Below, one piece after another: positions 39,206 to 51,564 of a DNA stretch of 64,000 bases (within the stretch, counting starts at the first letter, position 1; each line of letters opens with the position of its first letter). Below the pieces are notes generated by a model. The model had not been told where the DNA came from, did no database searches, and saw nothing but the letters and a program-made list of their open reading frames with translations. This DNA is from Camelus dromedarius (Eukaryota). The position numbers and the translations under genes are program-made. The stretch is taken from positions 94,180,001 to 94,244,000 of the forward strand of contig NC_087436.1 of NCBI RefSeq assembly GCF_036321535.1, in the 5' to 3' direction.

Positions 39206-39399
39206 AGCAGAGCTTCTTAAATAAAAATATGCCATTAGAAGACCCACAATTCTTGAACCCTGCTATTCCAGAATTACTCTTTTGCTTATTCAGATTAAAA
39301 TTAATCAACACACTCCATTCTCTCCCAAGCAAATAGAGATCAAGCGTGGCACTTCCTCAGTTTTGAGGCTCAGGACAGTGCAGTTAGCCAGGCTGTCAA

Positions 39400-39770
39400 A
39401 CCCATATCCTTCAGAAGCAAGAAGCCATTACTTACCATGAGGGGCATGGTGAGGAAATGCCATCCTGGAGCCCCGTGGAAGTTGGAGGCATAGAGGAGAA
39501 GCTGCTCAGCAGGTGTGAGGGAGTCACAGCTATTGACAGATAAGCATCACCAAAGCCGGAAAAAACACCCAACTGTTCTTTCCTCCCACCCTCTGACTTC
39601 TAGCCAAAGTCTCCCAAGAGCTGCATCCAAGTGGAAGCTAGCCAGGAAGAGATCCTGGGTGACGCAGTCCCAGGGTTAGCTCCCCAGGCACCGGGAGGGC
39701 AGCCAAGGGTAGAAAATGGAAATGGTGGGGGGAGGGGCGGGGGGGGAACAGCCAGCAGGGACCACCAGGA
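39400..39770 (-). mobile_element. ERVL LTR33-like fragment
   Basis: tcctcccaccctctgac...ggaagctagc...gtgacgcagtcc...ccccaggcac. Confidence 0.5.
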
Positions 39771-41344
39771 CAGTGGGGTAAGAACCACCTGAGACTTTTT
39801 AATAGGGAAAAGGATGAAAGGAAGCTCTCGCAGGAAGGCTGCCAAGCCTTAATCATCAACGTGTGACAGGGATCATTCTCAGCATCTTAGCTAAATTAGC
39901 ACGCGCAGTGAACTTTAAATATAATTCACCATATAATAAATAAACTGGTCAAGTTTAATTACACCAAAATTACATGGCAAAACTGGGACATTTTGAAAAG
40001 TAACAGCATGAAGGAAGTATCTCCATATATCTGCCTGAGCCTCAGTTTCTTATAACAGAAAGAGAATATTATCCACCTTATGAGCATGTTCTGAGGATTT
40101 AATGAGAGGAGGACTGTAAAGTGCCCAGCACAAACCCAGAAGCAGGAGGCATTCAAATGTAGTTTGTCGCTATTGCCACCGCATGCCATTTTACTCACTG
40201 TACCCTGTTGAACGTTGCTACCAATGGCGCCTACATCTGTGTAGGTTTCCCATCTCGTGGCTCACTGCTGACAAGTTCTGGAATATTCTGATCTTATCCA
40301 GAATGTTCAGCCTATGTATCTGCATAGACACATAAAAAATCCATACTGGCACCAGCATTTGAACAATAGTTCCACAATCATTATTGTGCTAATTCTTAGA
40401 GTAACCCAGGAATTAGTATCTGTTTTAAGTTAGGGAAACTGAAGCTGAAAGACACATGACCCAGACTTTGTGACTCCAAAACAGATCACAGCTGTCTGGA
40501 CTCTTACTGCCTCATCATGTCTGTCCATTAAGTGTTAAGTTCCATGTCAGGATGTATTTTAGAATCGACCACAAAAATTAATGTGGACTTTAGGGTGACT
40601 CGAGTGCTCTTTAGGAACTTTACATCACAAGTGATTTCTGTGGTTTATTTTATCTTTTCTGTTGAAAAACTGCTGAAGATCTTGGAGAGTGTGTATGCAT
40701 CTTTCATTTATCAGAAGAGATACAGACTGAGGAGAAATAGGGCCCTACCTACCCTTGAGTTGTTCTGATCTGACTCAATCCATAGGAGAGCCTTCTCGGC
40801 TTCGGGGATGAACACTCACAGATGCCCAGTCCCCTCTGTGGTATCACAACCCAACAGGCGTGGCAAGCGGGACTCCTTCCATCCCATCCCATGATGGGTG
40901 AAGTGCCCTTCCCTAGTACCAGATCTTTAAACAGAAAGAACCAGGCTCTCCTCTCCCAGTCACTCCCTCATTCAAAGGAAATACCTGAGACCTGAGGGAT
41001 GGAAAAGTAGTGAGATAAGAAAAAGAGAGTATTTTCCAAGCTTTTCGAAGCATCACAGCATGATGTATTGCATCTCTGCCAATTCATATGTAATCAACCT
41101 ACGAAATTATACTGAAAAGCCAAGGGTTAGAGCAAACACCTTTGCAAACGACGGTGCTCTGTAACTTAGGTCCCTTTCTCATTGCTAGGAAGAAAAATAA
41201 AAGGGGGGATGGACAAAGAATTGAAATATTTTATTAAAAGCAATTTTTAAAATACAGGCCACTTGACTGGTAGGGTTGGGACCTACAAGGTTACATGAGA
41301 TCGGATGTGGCAAAACCACATGGTTGGGCTGCTCTGGGAGGAAG

Positions 41345-41575
41345 TGGGGCACAGTGGTTTTGAGCAGAGCTTTGGAGTCCAACAGACCCGCTCAAGACTC
41401 CTGGTGCAGCCACTCACCTGCTGTCTGGCCTTGGACTTGCCGGTCAACGTTCAGTTTCCTGTGCAATATGGTACTCACAGTGTGGCTACCTACACACCAC
41501 GTGGTGAGATCACACACACACTCAAGTGCTTAGCACAGGGCCTGGCACATCCAAGCCCTCAATAAACTATAACCA
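41345..41575 (+). mobile_element. MIR SINE
   Basis: gctttggagtccaacagacc...agtgcttagcacagggcctggcacat...ctcaataaa. Confidence 0.8.
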
Positions 41576-43039
41576 TTGCGATGCTTTCTGCTTTCTTATC
41601 AGCCTAATTTCATCACACTAGCTTGTGCCACCGTATTTAGATAGTCAGTATAAAGTAGAACAGAATAGGATGAATTACTCAACCACTCAGCCAACTCCTT
41701 AATGTAAACAAGAGCATATTTAATGTTGCTACGCGGGATGGTTAAGAATCAACATACAATAGTCCACAAAAAAAGGTACTGCAAGTTTTGAAGTGTAAGA
41801 AGCATATGCCTGCATCTAAGCAGGAGAAAGAAATACACAGTCATGTAGAGCATAAACTGCATGGATTCCAAGAAAATGGCCTATTTTCACTTCTTACCCC
41901 TGCACAGCTGGTGAGGGTCTGCTTCCTTCCTGTAACCGCTTTGCAGCACATCCGTCCAATTCTTGACTTTCTCTCCAATTCAATTCAACACGACTTTGTT
42001 TAGCTGCCTTTCTTTCCCTGAGCTGGGCCCTGGGGACACTGAAATGAACAGGAGGTGGCTCTGCCTTCAAGAACTGTAGTCTAATAAGGGAGAGAGATGC
42101 TGACTGGCTTCAATTTATGCCAGTTCCTATCACTGGGGAGAGTTTACACGTGGATTCCTATTCTTAGGTGTGAGGGTTCTCAGAGGGGGCGTTTAAGCTT
42201 GGCTCCAGCCAACAGGCAGACGGCTCACCTGTGTGTCTGCCCAGGTGAAGGCAAAGTCACCTGGCCTCGCCCTCTCTGGCCTTCCCTGGTAATACCACTT
42301 CTGCCATGGAATCACCTCCTCTCCCCTCTCTTAGAATCAGGTAACTAGGCCTTCCCATTTTCAGATCCTGGCCCCCTATCCCCCAACCCACGTCAACCAA
42401 TCTCTATTCAACAAGAAAGAAAGAAAAGCTTGGGGAAAGCTAGTTGTAATGATTAGAAATTGATTCCTGCTATTGTGTTAAATACCCTCCACCCTAAAGA
42501 CTGACCCTGAAGGAAAACCTGCACGTGTTCTTTAAGACCGTTGGCGATTGATGGAGAAGAGGAGGAAGGTCAACAGGGATACTGAGGAGATGAACTCCCA
42601 TCGCCTCACCTGCCTGGCCAGCTTTGAAGCCCTCCAACCCTCTGGCTGCCCAGCGTGGAGAGCTGGATATGGTAGTTCGCAAATTAAGGCACACAGGTGA
42701 TACTGAGGAGAGGATGAGCTGTGGGCCTGGAGAGCTGGAGATGTCAGGGTGAAGGTAGCTATGTCAGCCCCAGGGAACTGAAGGAACCCGGGCCCCAGAG
42801 ATGAAGACCCAGGTCCCAGCCCCTTTATTGGATGTGGATGAGCAAAGAGGAGAAAGAGAAGGCAATGTGGAGACAAGCACACGTTTGATTTTGACATTGA
42901 TTAGCGCTATAAAGAATCGACCACATAACAAAAGTCTAATCATGGTCATTACGCCAACTGCTCACCGTTGGTGTGTGATGGCGTGTTACACCCTAACCAC
43001 CATGAGCTTTAATAAACGTGATTCAGAGTGGTTCTAGGT

Positions 43040-44414
43040 TTTATTTGATTGGGTGAGTAAACGAAACACCTGGGTTCCAGCTTTTGCAATTTCTGAAGCG
43101 ACATAGTCCTCTGTTCTCAACTTTAACATGATCAATGCCATTGCTTTTAAGCTATTAGATAGAATGGGGGTAGGCAGTGTTCCTATTTACTCAGTATTTC
43201 TCCTGATAACTTTTTATTATCTAAGCAATTGCTATACCGTTTTCCTGTTCCCTGTGCTTGAAATTTGTGATTTTTTCTGCTCAGGTGTTTCATATTCATG
43301 AAATTAGTAAAAGTTACAAATTCCACCTTTTTTCCAACACAGATACATATACACCTAGATATCTTCCCAATGATTCTGATTAGATCCTAAAATTAATAAA
43401 TTATGTTGCCATGCCAGCTCAGGTTAGAGTTCAGACAACAAATCTGCTGAATTGCCGTCACAGAGAACCGAGTCTGGTCTTTCACAAGACCTACAACAAG
43501 CTAGGAGTCCCAGGGTCAGAAGACGCTGGCGAAGTGCAACGGTCCCCAAAGTGAAAGTCAGACTTCCTTGCGTCTGCTCCAAGCTCTGCTGCCATCGCTT
43601 AGAGCAGTCTGCTCTCTACCTGGAAGACGTTTCCTTCAGTCTGTTTTGGTGAATGAGAGAGGACTATTTAGTGCATAATTGGAGTTCATTAGGTGAAAGG
43701 CTATACCATAAATAAATGCTTTTAAAAAAAATAATCACAGAGACATATGACAGCTGTTTAAAGTCATTAGACAGTATCAAAGTATCTTACGGCATTGAAA
43801 TGTATTTTATATACAACTCTGAATAAACAGTGGGTGGGAAATTAATTGCAAGAATCAGTTGACGGTTGTTTTAAAATTTGATTACCTAGTAAAATCTAGC
43901 AGGCAAGTGGTCTCAACAAAATGACTACTTCAGGTGAAAACAGTACCACTGCAGGCATGGCACAGCCCAGTAAGCTCATTTCACTCACACATCAGCTGGT
44001 GTTTGTGAGTAGGTAGGAAGACTTTCCAAGTGTAAAAACTAATTATATCCAAGAGCTATTCATTTAGTTATTATTTAAATAAAATGTCTTTAAATACAGA
44101 ATGCTTTGGAAAACTCACTTCATTGTCCAAAATTATGGAGACCGCTTTGGTTTTTTTAGTTGAAGATGGAGTATTCATTACAGTTGCTCAAGGCATCTTC
44201 TAGTTGGCAAGGGCAAAGAGTCCATTTGTAGAGTTTATTTTGTAAAAACATCCAGTAGCCAAGTCTCATCAATTGTATCCAAAAGGAAACACTTTTCAGG
44301 AAGGAAACGCTGCTGTATCCAGAAAGAGTATCAATCCTTGCTGGCTTGTGGGCTCTCCCTGTCTCAGTTAGTCTTTGGGCAGAGGAAACGAGTGTTGAGT
44401 AAAGTCTTTGGGGT
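43040..44414 (-). other. RHOH: RHOH 3' UTR (end uncertain), several candidate poly(A) signals
   Basis: Repeat-poor, AT-rich sequence after the stop. Minus-strand AATAAA at 44234-44239, 43213-43218 and 43040-43045. Variant TATAAA/AATACA at 43801-43811. Confidence 0.6.
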
Positions 44415-44990
44415 TTAGAGGATCTTGCATTCATTAATGGAGAAGAACCTCCTTCTGTTGCGTCTCCTGGCTTGGTTGACAGCAGTTCGGACGGCACACT
44501 CAAATACCTGCTGTACCCCCCGATTGCTGAGGGCTGAGCACTCCAGGTAGCCCTTAGCTCTCACATCCTGGGCCAGTCTCTTTCCTTCTATGGCATTGAC
44601 GCAGGAGGCCCTGTGGGGCCCCACCTCCCGCTGGTCAGTCTGGGTGGCCACCACCAGCACAGGGGTGCAGGGCAGGTTGCTCCTGACTTCACCGATCCAC
44701 TTGTTTTTCAGGTTCAGGAAGGAGTTATGGTTGGCCACGGAGTAGCACATCAGCACCACGTCCGCCTGCTGGTAGGACAAGGGCCGGATACTCCTGAAGG
44801 CATCATTGCCGGCTGTGTCCCAGAGCCCCAGGCTGATCTGGATGCCATCCATGAAGACGTCCACGCCTGTATTCTCATACACCGTGGGCCTGTAGGCCTC
44901 CGGGAAGGTCTCTGAGGTGAAGCGCACCAACAGAGAGGTTTTCCCCACCGCAGAGTCTCCCACCAACACACACTTGATGGAACTCAGCAT
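44415..44990 (-). CDS. RHOH: Rho-related GTP-binding protein RhoH (TTF), 191 aa, single coding exon
   Basis: Intact ATG..TAA ORF. P-loop GDSAVGKT (Ser at the Ras G12 position), effector loop YRPTVYEN, G3 WDTAGN (Asn at the Q61 position), ITAM-like [15 protein letters not shown]5 YLECSA, polybasic RRRNRRR and C-terminal CAAX CKIL. Start context GAGAAGATGC has A at -3. Confidence 0.99.
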   Translation of the reverse strand: MLSSIKCVLVGDSAVGKTSLLVRFTSETFPEAYRPTVYENTGVDVFMDGIQISLGLWDTAGNDAFRSIRPLSYQQADVVLMCYSVANHNSFLNLKNKWIGEVRSNLPCTPVLVVATQTDQREVGPHRASCVNAIEGKRLAQDVRAKGYLECSALSNRGVQQVFECAVRTAVNQARRRNRRRFFSINECKIL

Positions 44991-45042
44991 CTTCTCAGCC
45001 TGGGTTCCTAGTTACAGTTCAGAATCCCGAGGGAAAGAGCCC

Positions 45043-45069
45043 TCAGTGGGCTGCTGGGGCAAATGCCAT
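45043..45069 (-). other. uORF2 in RHOH leader (MAFAPAAH*)
   Basis: ATG GCA TTT GCC CCA GCA GCC CAC TGA, ending 52 nt before the main ATG; +4 G. Confidence 0.6.
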
Positions 45070-45136
45070 TCAACACAGGGAATGAAAGCCAGATGGGCTT
45101 GTGTTCTCAGGACCTCTGACAGCAGTTTGCAGAATG

Positions 45137-45154
45137 TCACTTTGCCCGGTCCAT
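45137..45154 (-). other. uORF1 in RHOH leader (MDRAK*)
   Basis: ATG GAC CGG GCA AAG TGA within the exonic 5' UTR; +4 G. Confidence 0.6.
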
Positions 45155-45205
45155 CCAAAGGAGATGCACGATCTACTCTGGAAACCTCCAAAGGCTAGTC
45201 TTCAA

Positions 45206-45235
45206 CTGGAACAGAAAGAGAAGGGGAGAAATTGA
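45206..45235 (-). promoter_or_regulatory. RHOH: 3' splice acceptor of the RHOH coding exon (branch point candidate, polypyrimidine tract, CAG)
   Basis: Minus strand reads ctcaatttctccccttctctttctgttccAG|TTGAAGAC. Confidence 0.88.
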
Positions 45236-45584
45236 GTCTTTTTTCCCTTTCTTGATGATGGGCAGCTTCATCATTGGGAAACTGATTAAACAGGGGGGCC
45301 TCCTCAGTGGAGCCGTCCGACCCCACTTGTCTAACTCACCCTTATCCTGGCAGTGAAAGCTTGGACCTGTTATACCCCAGCACTTACACCCACAACCCCA
45401 CCCAGTCAAGAAGCAGAAGCTGATTTGATCTCTAAAGTCAGCCTAGCGGTAAAAACACCAGCGACTGCTCTGGTGGCAACATGAAAAAGACCTCAACAGC
45501 AACCTGCTGTGTGAATGAGACGTGTTCAGACAGCTCTCTGTCAGCTTCTGCACCAAGAAGTGGGGACCGTGGCTGACAGCGGTC

Positions 45585-45770
45585 TTGGCTGTTTCAGTTT
45601 CTAGTGGATCCCAGCCACTTTGGGAACGGCAAGAAAGAGCAGTGTGACAAGCCACACATACTATAAACACTTCCCCTCATTTATCGATTAATCAGCCAGT
45701 CCTTGGTTTATGTGCTGAGGTCAGAGAGAAGAAATCACCAGAACTCTAAAAATTTGCTGTGGTTTTTCCC
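45585..45770. promoter_or_regulatory. Candidate haematopoietic enhancer or alternative promoter (ISRE + ETS + RUNX motifs)
   Basis: AGAAACTGAAAC (minus, 45591-45602), GAGGGGAAGTG (minus, 45668-45678) and TGTGGTT (45758-45764) in repeat-free DNA just upstream of the coding exon. Confidence 0.45.
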
Positions 45771-47124
45771 TTGAGGTTTTTTCAAAAAACTGACTACAGG
45801 TGTAACAGAAAGAGCAATGTCCTTGGCATTTTCTGCATCTGAAATCAGACTCCATCACCTATACAACAACACGGCTTTGAGCACATTGCTTGATCTCCAA
45901 GCCTCAGTTTACGAATCTGCAAGATTGTTACAAATTTAGGAACTACTTCTCAGAGATGTTGTGGGGATAAAATTATTTCTTTTCTGGACAGCTACCTATG
46001 TATCAGGAACTCTGCTAAGCTCCTGGTTAAACAAAATAACTTGCTTAAAAGCAACCATATTCAGTGCTTGTCACTTAAACAGAACCACATAAACATGACA
46101 AAATCTGAATTTCATGAAAGAGTTAAGTAAATTCTCATTCACTGCAGGTGGAAGAGCTCCAGACTGATGAGATCAGTCGTGGAGTTGGTGTCCCCGTCTG
46201 CCAAGGGATGTCATCACAAGGCCAGCCCAGCTTCAGACAAAGGAAATGTCTTTCAGACCAAATTTCAAAGTAAAGGTTATTAATACAATCTGGGCTTTTA
46301 ACCTCCCCCACTGGCAATCTTCCTGCCATGTCACATGTAAAGTAATGTAAAACAGACCTATATGTCTGCTTCAAAACATAATTTTTAAAAAACACTCCTC
46401 TAAATCTGGACATTCCCCTCCAAGACAGTTTTATCCTTGTCAACCCACAGTCTGTTTAATTAGACATAATAGCCTTTGCAAATGAGTTAAATAAATAATT
46501 CACAGGATTTTCATGTATCCATTTTTTTACCACATATAAGCTGAGTGGCCTTGGTCAAGTTACTTAACCTCTCTGAGCCTTGGTTTCCTCATAAAAATGG
46601 AAAAATAAGAAATGCATCTTCTTGATGAAATTACTGTAACAATTCAGTATGTGGAGAGTCTAACAGCACAGAACCTGGGACATGGGGTCTATGAGCAGGC
46701 ACCATATTTTACTATTTATTTAAAATACCAAATATTGAATGTCCAAGCATAGGGGTTGGGGTGTCAAACATTTGCCTGGAGTCTCTCTGAAGACTCACAT
46801 CCAGTCTCTCTCATACACAGTGGTCCTGGACACCTCTTTGTCACCAGACCTTTGAACAAGGTCCCCTTGGGTGCTCATTTGGGTCTCAGACTTCAGCTCC
46901 TTTTACATACAGATGACTTAAATGAAGCTTTTGTGACCCTTTGTTACTTAGTCCAGCCCTAAGACCCATTAAGACATGTTTTAAGTTTGATTTTGACCCT
47001 AATGTAGCAGGAAAAACATGCATGTAGTCAGGCTTTCGGTTATGAAAAAAATTTCTTCTAAGATATTGAGTAAAGCCAAGTTTCCTGAGTAAATATTGAC
47101 AAAAGGAAGTCACTGGGGCAAAAC

Positions 47125-47330
47125 TGTTAAGAACACAGACTATAAAGTCAGGTAGATCTGGAATTGCATCTGGGCTGACAAACTGACTACCTTAGAAGTT
47201 TCTTAACCTCCCTAAGTCTCAGTCTCCCACTCTGTAAAATGTGATGTGATAATATCTATAACACAGAGTTATTGAGAGTATTAAGTGTGCTCAGATGTAT
47301 AAAATCCTTAGCATAGTACATAAAGTAAAC
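47125..47330 (+). mobile_element. MIR SINE (RHOH intron)
   Basis: ttaagaacacagact...cttaacctccctaagtctcagt...ctgtaaaatg. Confidence 0.75.
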
Positions 47331-50300
47331 ATACTGTAAGTACATAGTCAGCAGGTAGAAAATACACAATAGTCCTCATTACTAATATCACTGTTAAATA
47401 GTAATTACTAAATATAATGATAAACAATTATTAATTGTAAGTGAGGAATCTGAAGTAGCATTAAAGAGGTTTCTATGGCAAAGGGCGCTCTGTGTGTCTT
47501 ATACCCAGCCATGACTACAATACGTATAGGCTGCAAAAAATATATTCTTGTAGCATAAAAATAAGAATATGATATGGACAAAGAAATTTGTGTCTGCATT
47601 TTGCTGCTCAGAGAGCTACAAAGATTCAGACTGGAGAAAAGGGCTCCACTCAATCAAGTGACCTTCATTCCCAGCCAGCTGTGGCCCTAAGAGGCACATC
47701 GTGTCAGTTCTCAAGGCCTCAGTTTCCCAAAGCATAAAGTGATTGGTCAAGATTAACTCTCTCAGTTAGTTTCTATTGAAACTGAGGCCAAAGAAGAAAG
47801 CTTTATTGCCTGCCACCATGTATACAAGAACGTAAACCTCTGCACTACTCCATAGCAGCAAAGACGGATGATGAAACTTGATGACATGCACAGTCTTCAG
47901 CAGATGGCTAAATATGGAGCTAGGAGAAGGGGGCCAGGGGAGGAGCTCCAGTCTGGATTAGAGCAATACCCTATATAGACAGGACAGATCACCTTCAGAC
48001 GGTGTGTCTCATGTGCCCACAGCGGGGCCATGATAGGTCACATAATGTGTGTGGAAGGCTTATGGGCTTGATTTCAGTGGAATTTCACCTAAAGAGAGAG
48101 ATTCTCCCTAAAAGAGCCTCTAGGGGAAAAACAGAAGAGGGTTTTCAGTGGTATTTTGCTATACGGAGGCGTTATAAGAGTGAGTTCAGATAGCATCGTG
48201 AGCGATGCACTGAGTGACCCTTTAGGACTTAAATCAGACTGGAATTAATGAACCTTCAATCCCAGAACCTCTCAGGTCTCAATAACTTGATTTCTCTTCT
48301 CTCTCTCCCCTTTCCACCGTTTTTACAGAAAGGATGCCTTCCCCAGGCCCCCAGGGTGCACACACAGAGAGAAAGGGAGGGAAGGGAGACTTCATCTTGT
48401 AAAGGCAATGGTGTCATCCACAGCAAAGGCACAGAGGCAGGCAAGAGGGAGGGCTTAGAGATGAGGTGTCCTAGTCCATTCCACCTTCCGGAGAGCTGAG
48501 GGCTGTCCCATAGGAAGTCCCCATTTCATTTTAGCCTCAATTCTCATCCCATCTCATCCCAACAGATCCCCCACTCTTTATTCTCTCTCTCTCTTCAGAC
48601 ACACTCTGTGCTACTCTATTTACCTGGAAAGACCTGCTGTCACCCACTTCGACCGTCTCCAACCTCCTCTTGAACATCTTTGATGGCCTGACTCACTGCT
48701 GGACCAGGTGCCCCCTCTGTGTCGCTGTGATAGCCCTGCCCTCTACCATAGCCATCTCCACTCTGCTGAAATGGCTGGTCCTCCTGGGCTCCTCCCCTGT
48801 TTGAGAAACTGAAATGAGAACTACCCTACCTTCCTCACAGGGAGCTTGTAAGCACCAGATGGAAATGACAACCACCCAGCAGTAATGTGTGCCTGTACTC
48901 CGACAAAACGCTGTACTTTTGGGAACACTCTCTTGATTATCTTATGAGAAAGCCCCTCCAGAATGACAGAGCACAATATAAAACTAAGATGAAATTATGA
49001 CTCTAATTATTATTATTACACATTTTAGGTTATCTGGGCTTTGACTGAGGTGGCTTACTTCAAAATGCTGATAAAACCCTCATTTTTTTTTTTTTCAAAA
49101 ATATGAACCCATGGCAGTCATCAGCCAGGGACAGCCTATCAATTACGGAGAATACATCTAAATGTCATCCTTCTGGAAAGAGTTTTGGGCAAAGGACCTG
49201 TGCTGGCAGCAGCCAATTTATTCATTAAGAAAATTGTTTCTGCTGCGAATCTAACACACTTAGGTGATTAGGAAATCACATTTCTCAGCAATTCATCTCC
49301 TGCCCGCACCTTCTCTCAGCAACCCTTCCACAGCCTAGCAAGGACACCACAGCAAGAGCAGGCCCTGCTCTGATGAGTGATTCCACGTCTGGCTTGGGGG
49401 GGTGCTGGGGGGGTTGGGTGCTTCGTTTCGTTTCTTTCTCTTGCAGGGAAAGAGAATCAATTCAAAACAATCTTAAGCCACTTGATAGAGGAAAAGCATA
49501 GCCATCTCTCAACTTTATTACTCCAAATATTATTCACTTTTCATTCTCTAATAAATATACACTTGTGTATATCTTTTAAACTTTTTTTTCAATTTAGAAA
49601 AATTTTTATTTTCAACATAGTCTACATGCTTGCCAGGTTTTAGCTCAATAGCTTGCCATTGTTTCAACAATTCATAATTGCCCAGCCATTCCCCACTGTT
49701 TTGAGTCCTTTGAGCAGCCATTGAGTTAGTTCCAGTAATTCACCATAATTAACAAGTGCTACTTTATACATAAAATATATGTGCATATACACATGTATAG
49801 AAGTTATTTTTACGTGAAACAATTTTCCTGGGGGATATAGTCACAAATGTGGCACTACTTGATCGATGGGTCATTTTGTGACTTTTATTTACATTATTGA
49901 GCATCTTCTAAGGACTGTATGTATTATTTATTGATTATTTTATTTATTTAAAAAAAATTTGTTTTGAGCTTCCTGCATGGCAGGCACTGTATCAGGTCCT
50001 GAGAGCCTAACAGTGAGCAGGACGGCTGCTGTCTTCATGGAGAGGACCATCTCACAACTGCAGAGATGTCGGCCAGTGAAGAATCTTGCCTACGGTCACA
50101 CAGGGAGACACTGCTGGAGGCAAAGTTAGACCCAAATAGAGTCTGACCCCACAGCTGCACAGCTCCACGTGGCACCCACACCTCATCATTCTCATTGTTC
50201 TATCCAACGCATCTCACATAAAACTGTGCTTCCTAAGCAAACCCAGTTTCGAGACACTGTTTCTAGCCATCCCTTCTAGCTGGGTCCCTACTCCCATTCT

Positions 50301-50536
50301 CCTCTGCAAATAAGGAGTTCTTAATATTTACAAGAAGTGTCCTGTGTCTTAATTCAGAAGTTAGTTCCACAAGTGTGTTCAGTTGGTGAAAATTAATCAG
50401 TTTGCAGACCTACAACGTGTTCACTTTTCTGTATGTAAACTTCAGCAAAAAAGTATTTTTAAAAATTAAGGCTACCACCTTCTTAGGGAACATCTTCTCA
50501 AAGAGTATTTTATCTTAAGTTTCATCTTGCAAGGGT

Positions 50537-50597
50537 TCACTTCACTAATTCTCAATCCTACTTCAGTAATACCCCACCCTACTTCAGTAATTCCCCT
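50537..50597. repeat. 3 x 21-bp degenerate tandem repeat
   Basis: Core acttca(c/g)taat at 50539, 50560 and 50581. Confidence 0.85.
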
Positions 50598-51256
50598 TAG
50601 CTAGTTTCTAATTGCTACAAATAATGATTAAATTCCCCCTGCAAATCACAAAAGGAAATCACTTTTAAATTCAGTTTATTTTTATACACAGATCATCTGT
50701 ATTCCAAATGGATTTTATTCTGAAAGTTTGCCTTTAAGATGCTGGTTTGCAACTCTCACCACATGTTCTCCAGAGTCAAGGTTCTAAGCAGTATTTGCAT
50801 TCCTAAGCTTAAAGCTGATTTAATCCCATTATAGTTGAATGAAACCAGAATGTCATCAACCCCTGAGGCCTCTTTGAGCCCTGCCCCTCAGACTCCAGGC
50901 CAAGTAGGGACCCTGGCACCTTCCCCTCCTGTTCCAGTCCCCTGCCCTGACATGTTCCTTCCAATCCTACGAGCACAGTAATTGGATTGTCACCACACCA
51001 ATAGAGTTCTCAATTTGGTCTAAGTTCAGAGTCAAAAACAAGGCTAGCCAGCCAGGCAAGTGCCCAGAGCACCATTAAAAGACACTAGAATCTCATCTCA
51101 AAACTAAGGTGATGGGGAAATGTAGTTACCGCAACCTCTCTCAACGTGTTTGGGCATACATGTTTGGGGTCCAAGCTGAATTGTTCAAGGAAAGAAAAAG
51201 CAAAGAGGCAAATATGTGCATATCTAACCATTCTAGGATATAAGGATCCTATGAGG

Positions 51257-51564
51257 CAAGGCTGGCAAACTATGGCTCACCTGCAGTCAAAACCCACCAC
51301 CTGTTTTTTGCATGGCCCATGAATTAAAAATGGTTTTTAGATTTGTAATGGTTAAAAAAATCAAAAGAATAATATTTCATGACATGTGAATATTATATAA
51401 AATTCAAATTTAAGTGTCCATAAGTAACATCTTATTGGAACACAGCTCTTTCATTTATGGCTGCTTTCTTGCTACAACTCAAAGTTGCAAGAGAGACTTA
51501 ATGGCCCACAGAGTCTAAAATATTTACTACGTGGCCGTTTACATAAAAAGTTTGACAACCTTTG
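51257..51564 (+). mobile_element. MER58B-like hAT-Charlie MITE
   Basis: ggcaaactatggc...aattcaaatttaagtgtccataa...aaaatatttactacgtggcc...aaaaagtttgacaacc. Confidence 0.85.

Larger units (their letters stand above)
44991..45205 (-). other. RHOH: RHOH 5' UTR portion of the coding exon (215 nt)
   Basis: Lies between a strong splice acceptor (AG at 45207-45206) and the start codon. Confidence 0.85.

Noticed and set aside
1..43000. Exons of a neighbouring gene (e.g. CHRNA9) or processed pseudogenes
   Set aside because: No ORF in the track resembles a protein I recognise. Non-coding exons and exons under 60 codons cannot be excluded without transcript data.
44156..44503. 115-aa minus ORF overlapping the RHOH stop
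   Set aside because: Out-of-frame run into the 3' UTR with no homology I recognise.
44613..44915. 100-aa plus-strand ORF antisense to RHOH
   Set aside because: Shadow ORF of a GC-rich CDS; no recognisable domain.
44750..44971. 73-aa alternative-frame ORF inside RHOH
   Set aside because: Non-ATG start and no independent support.
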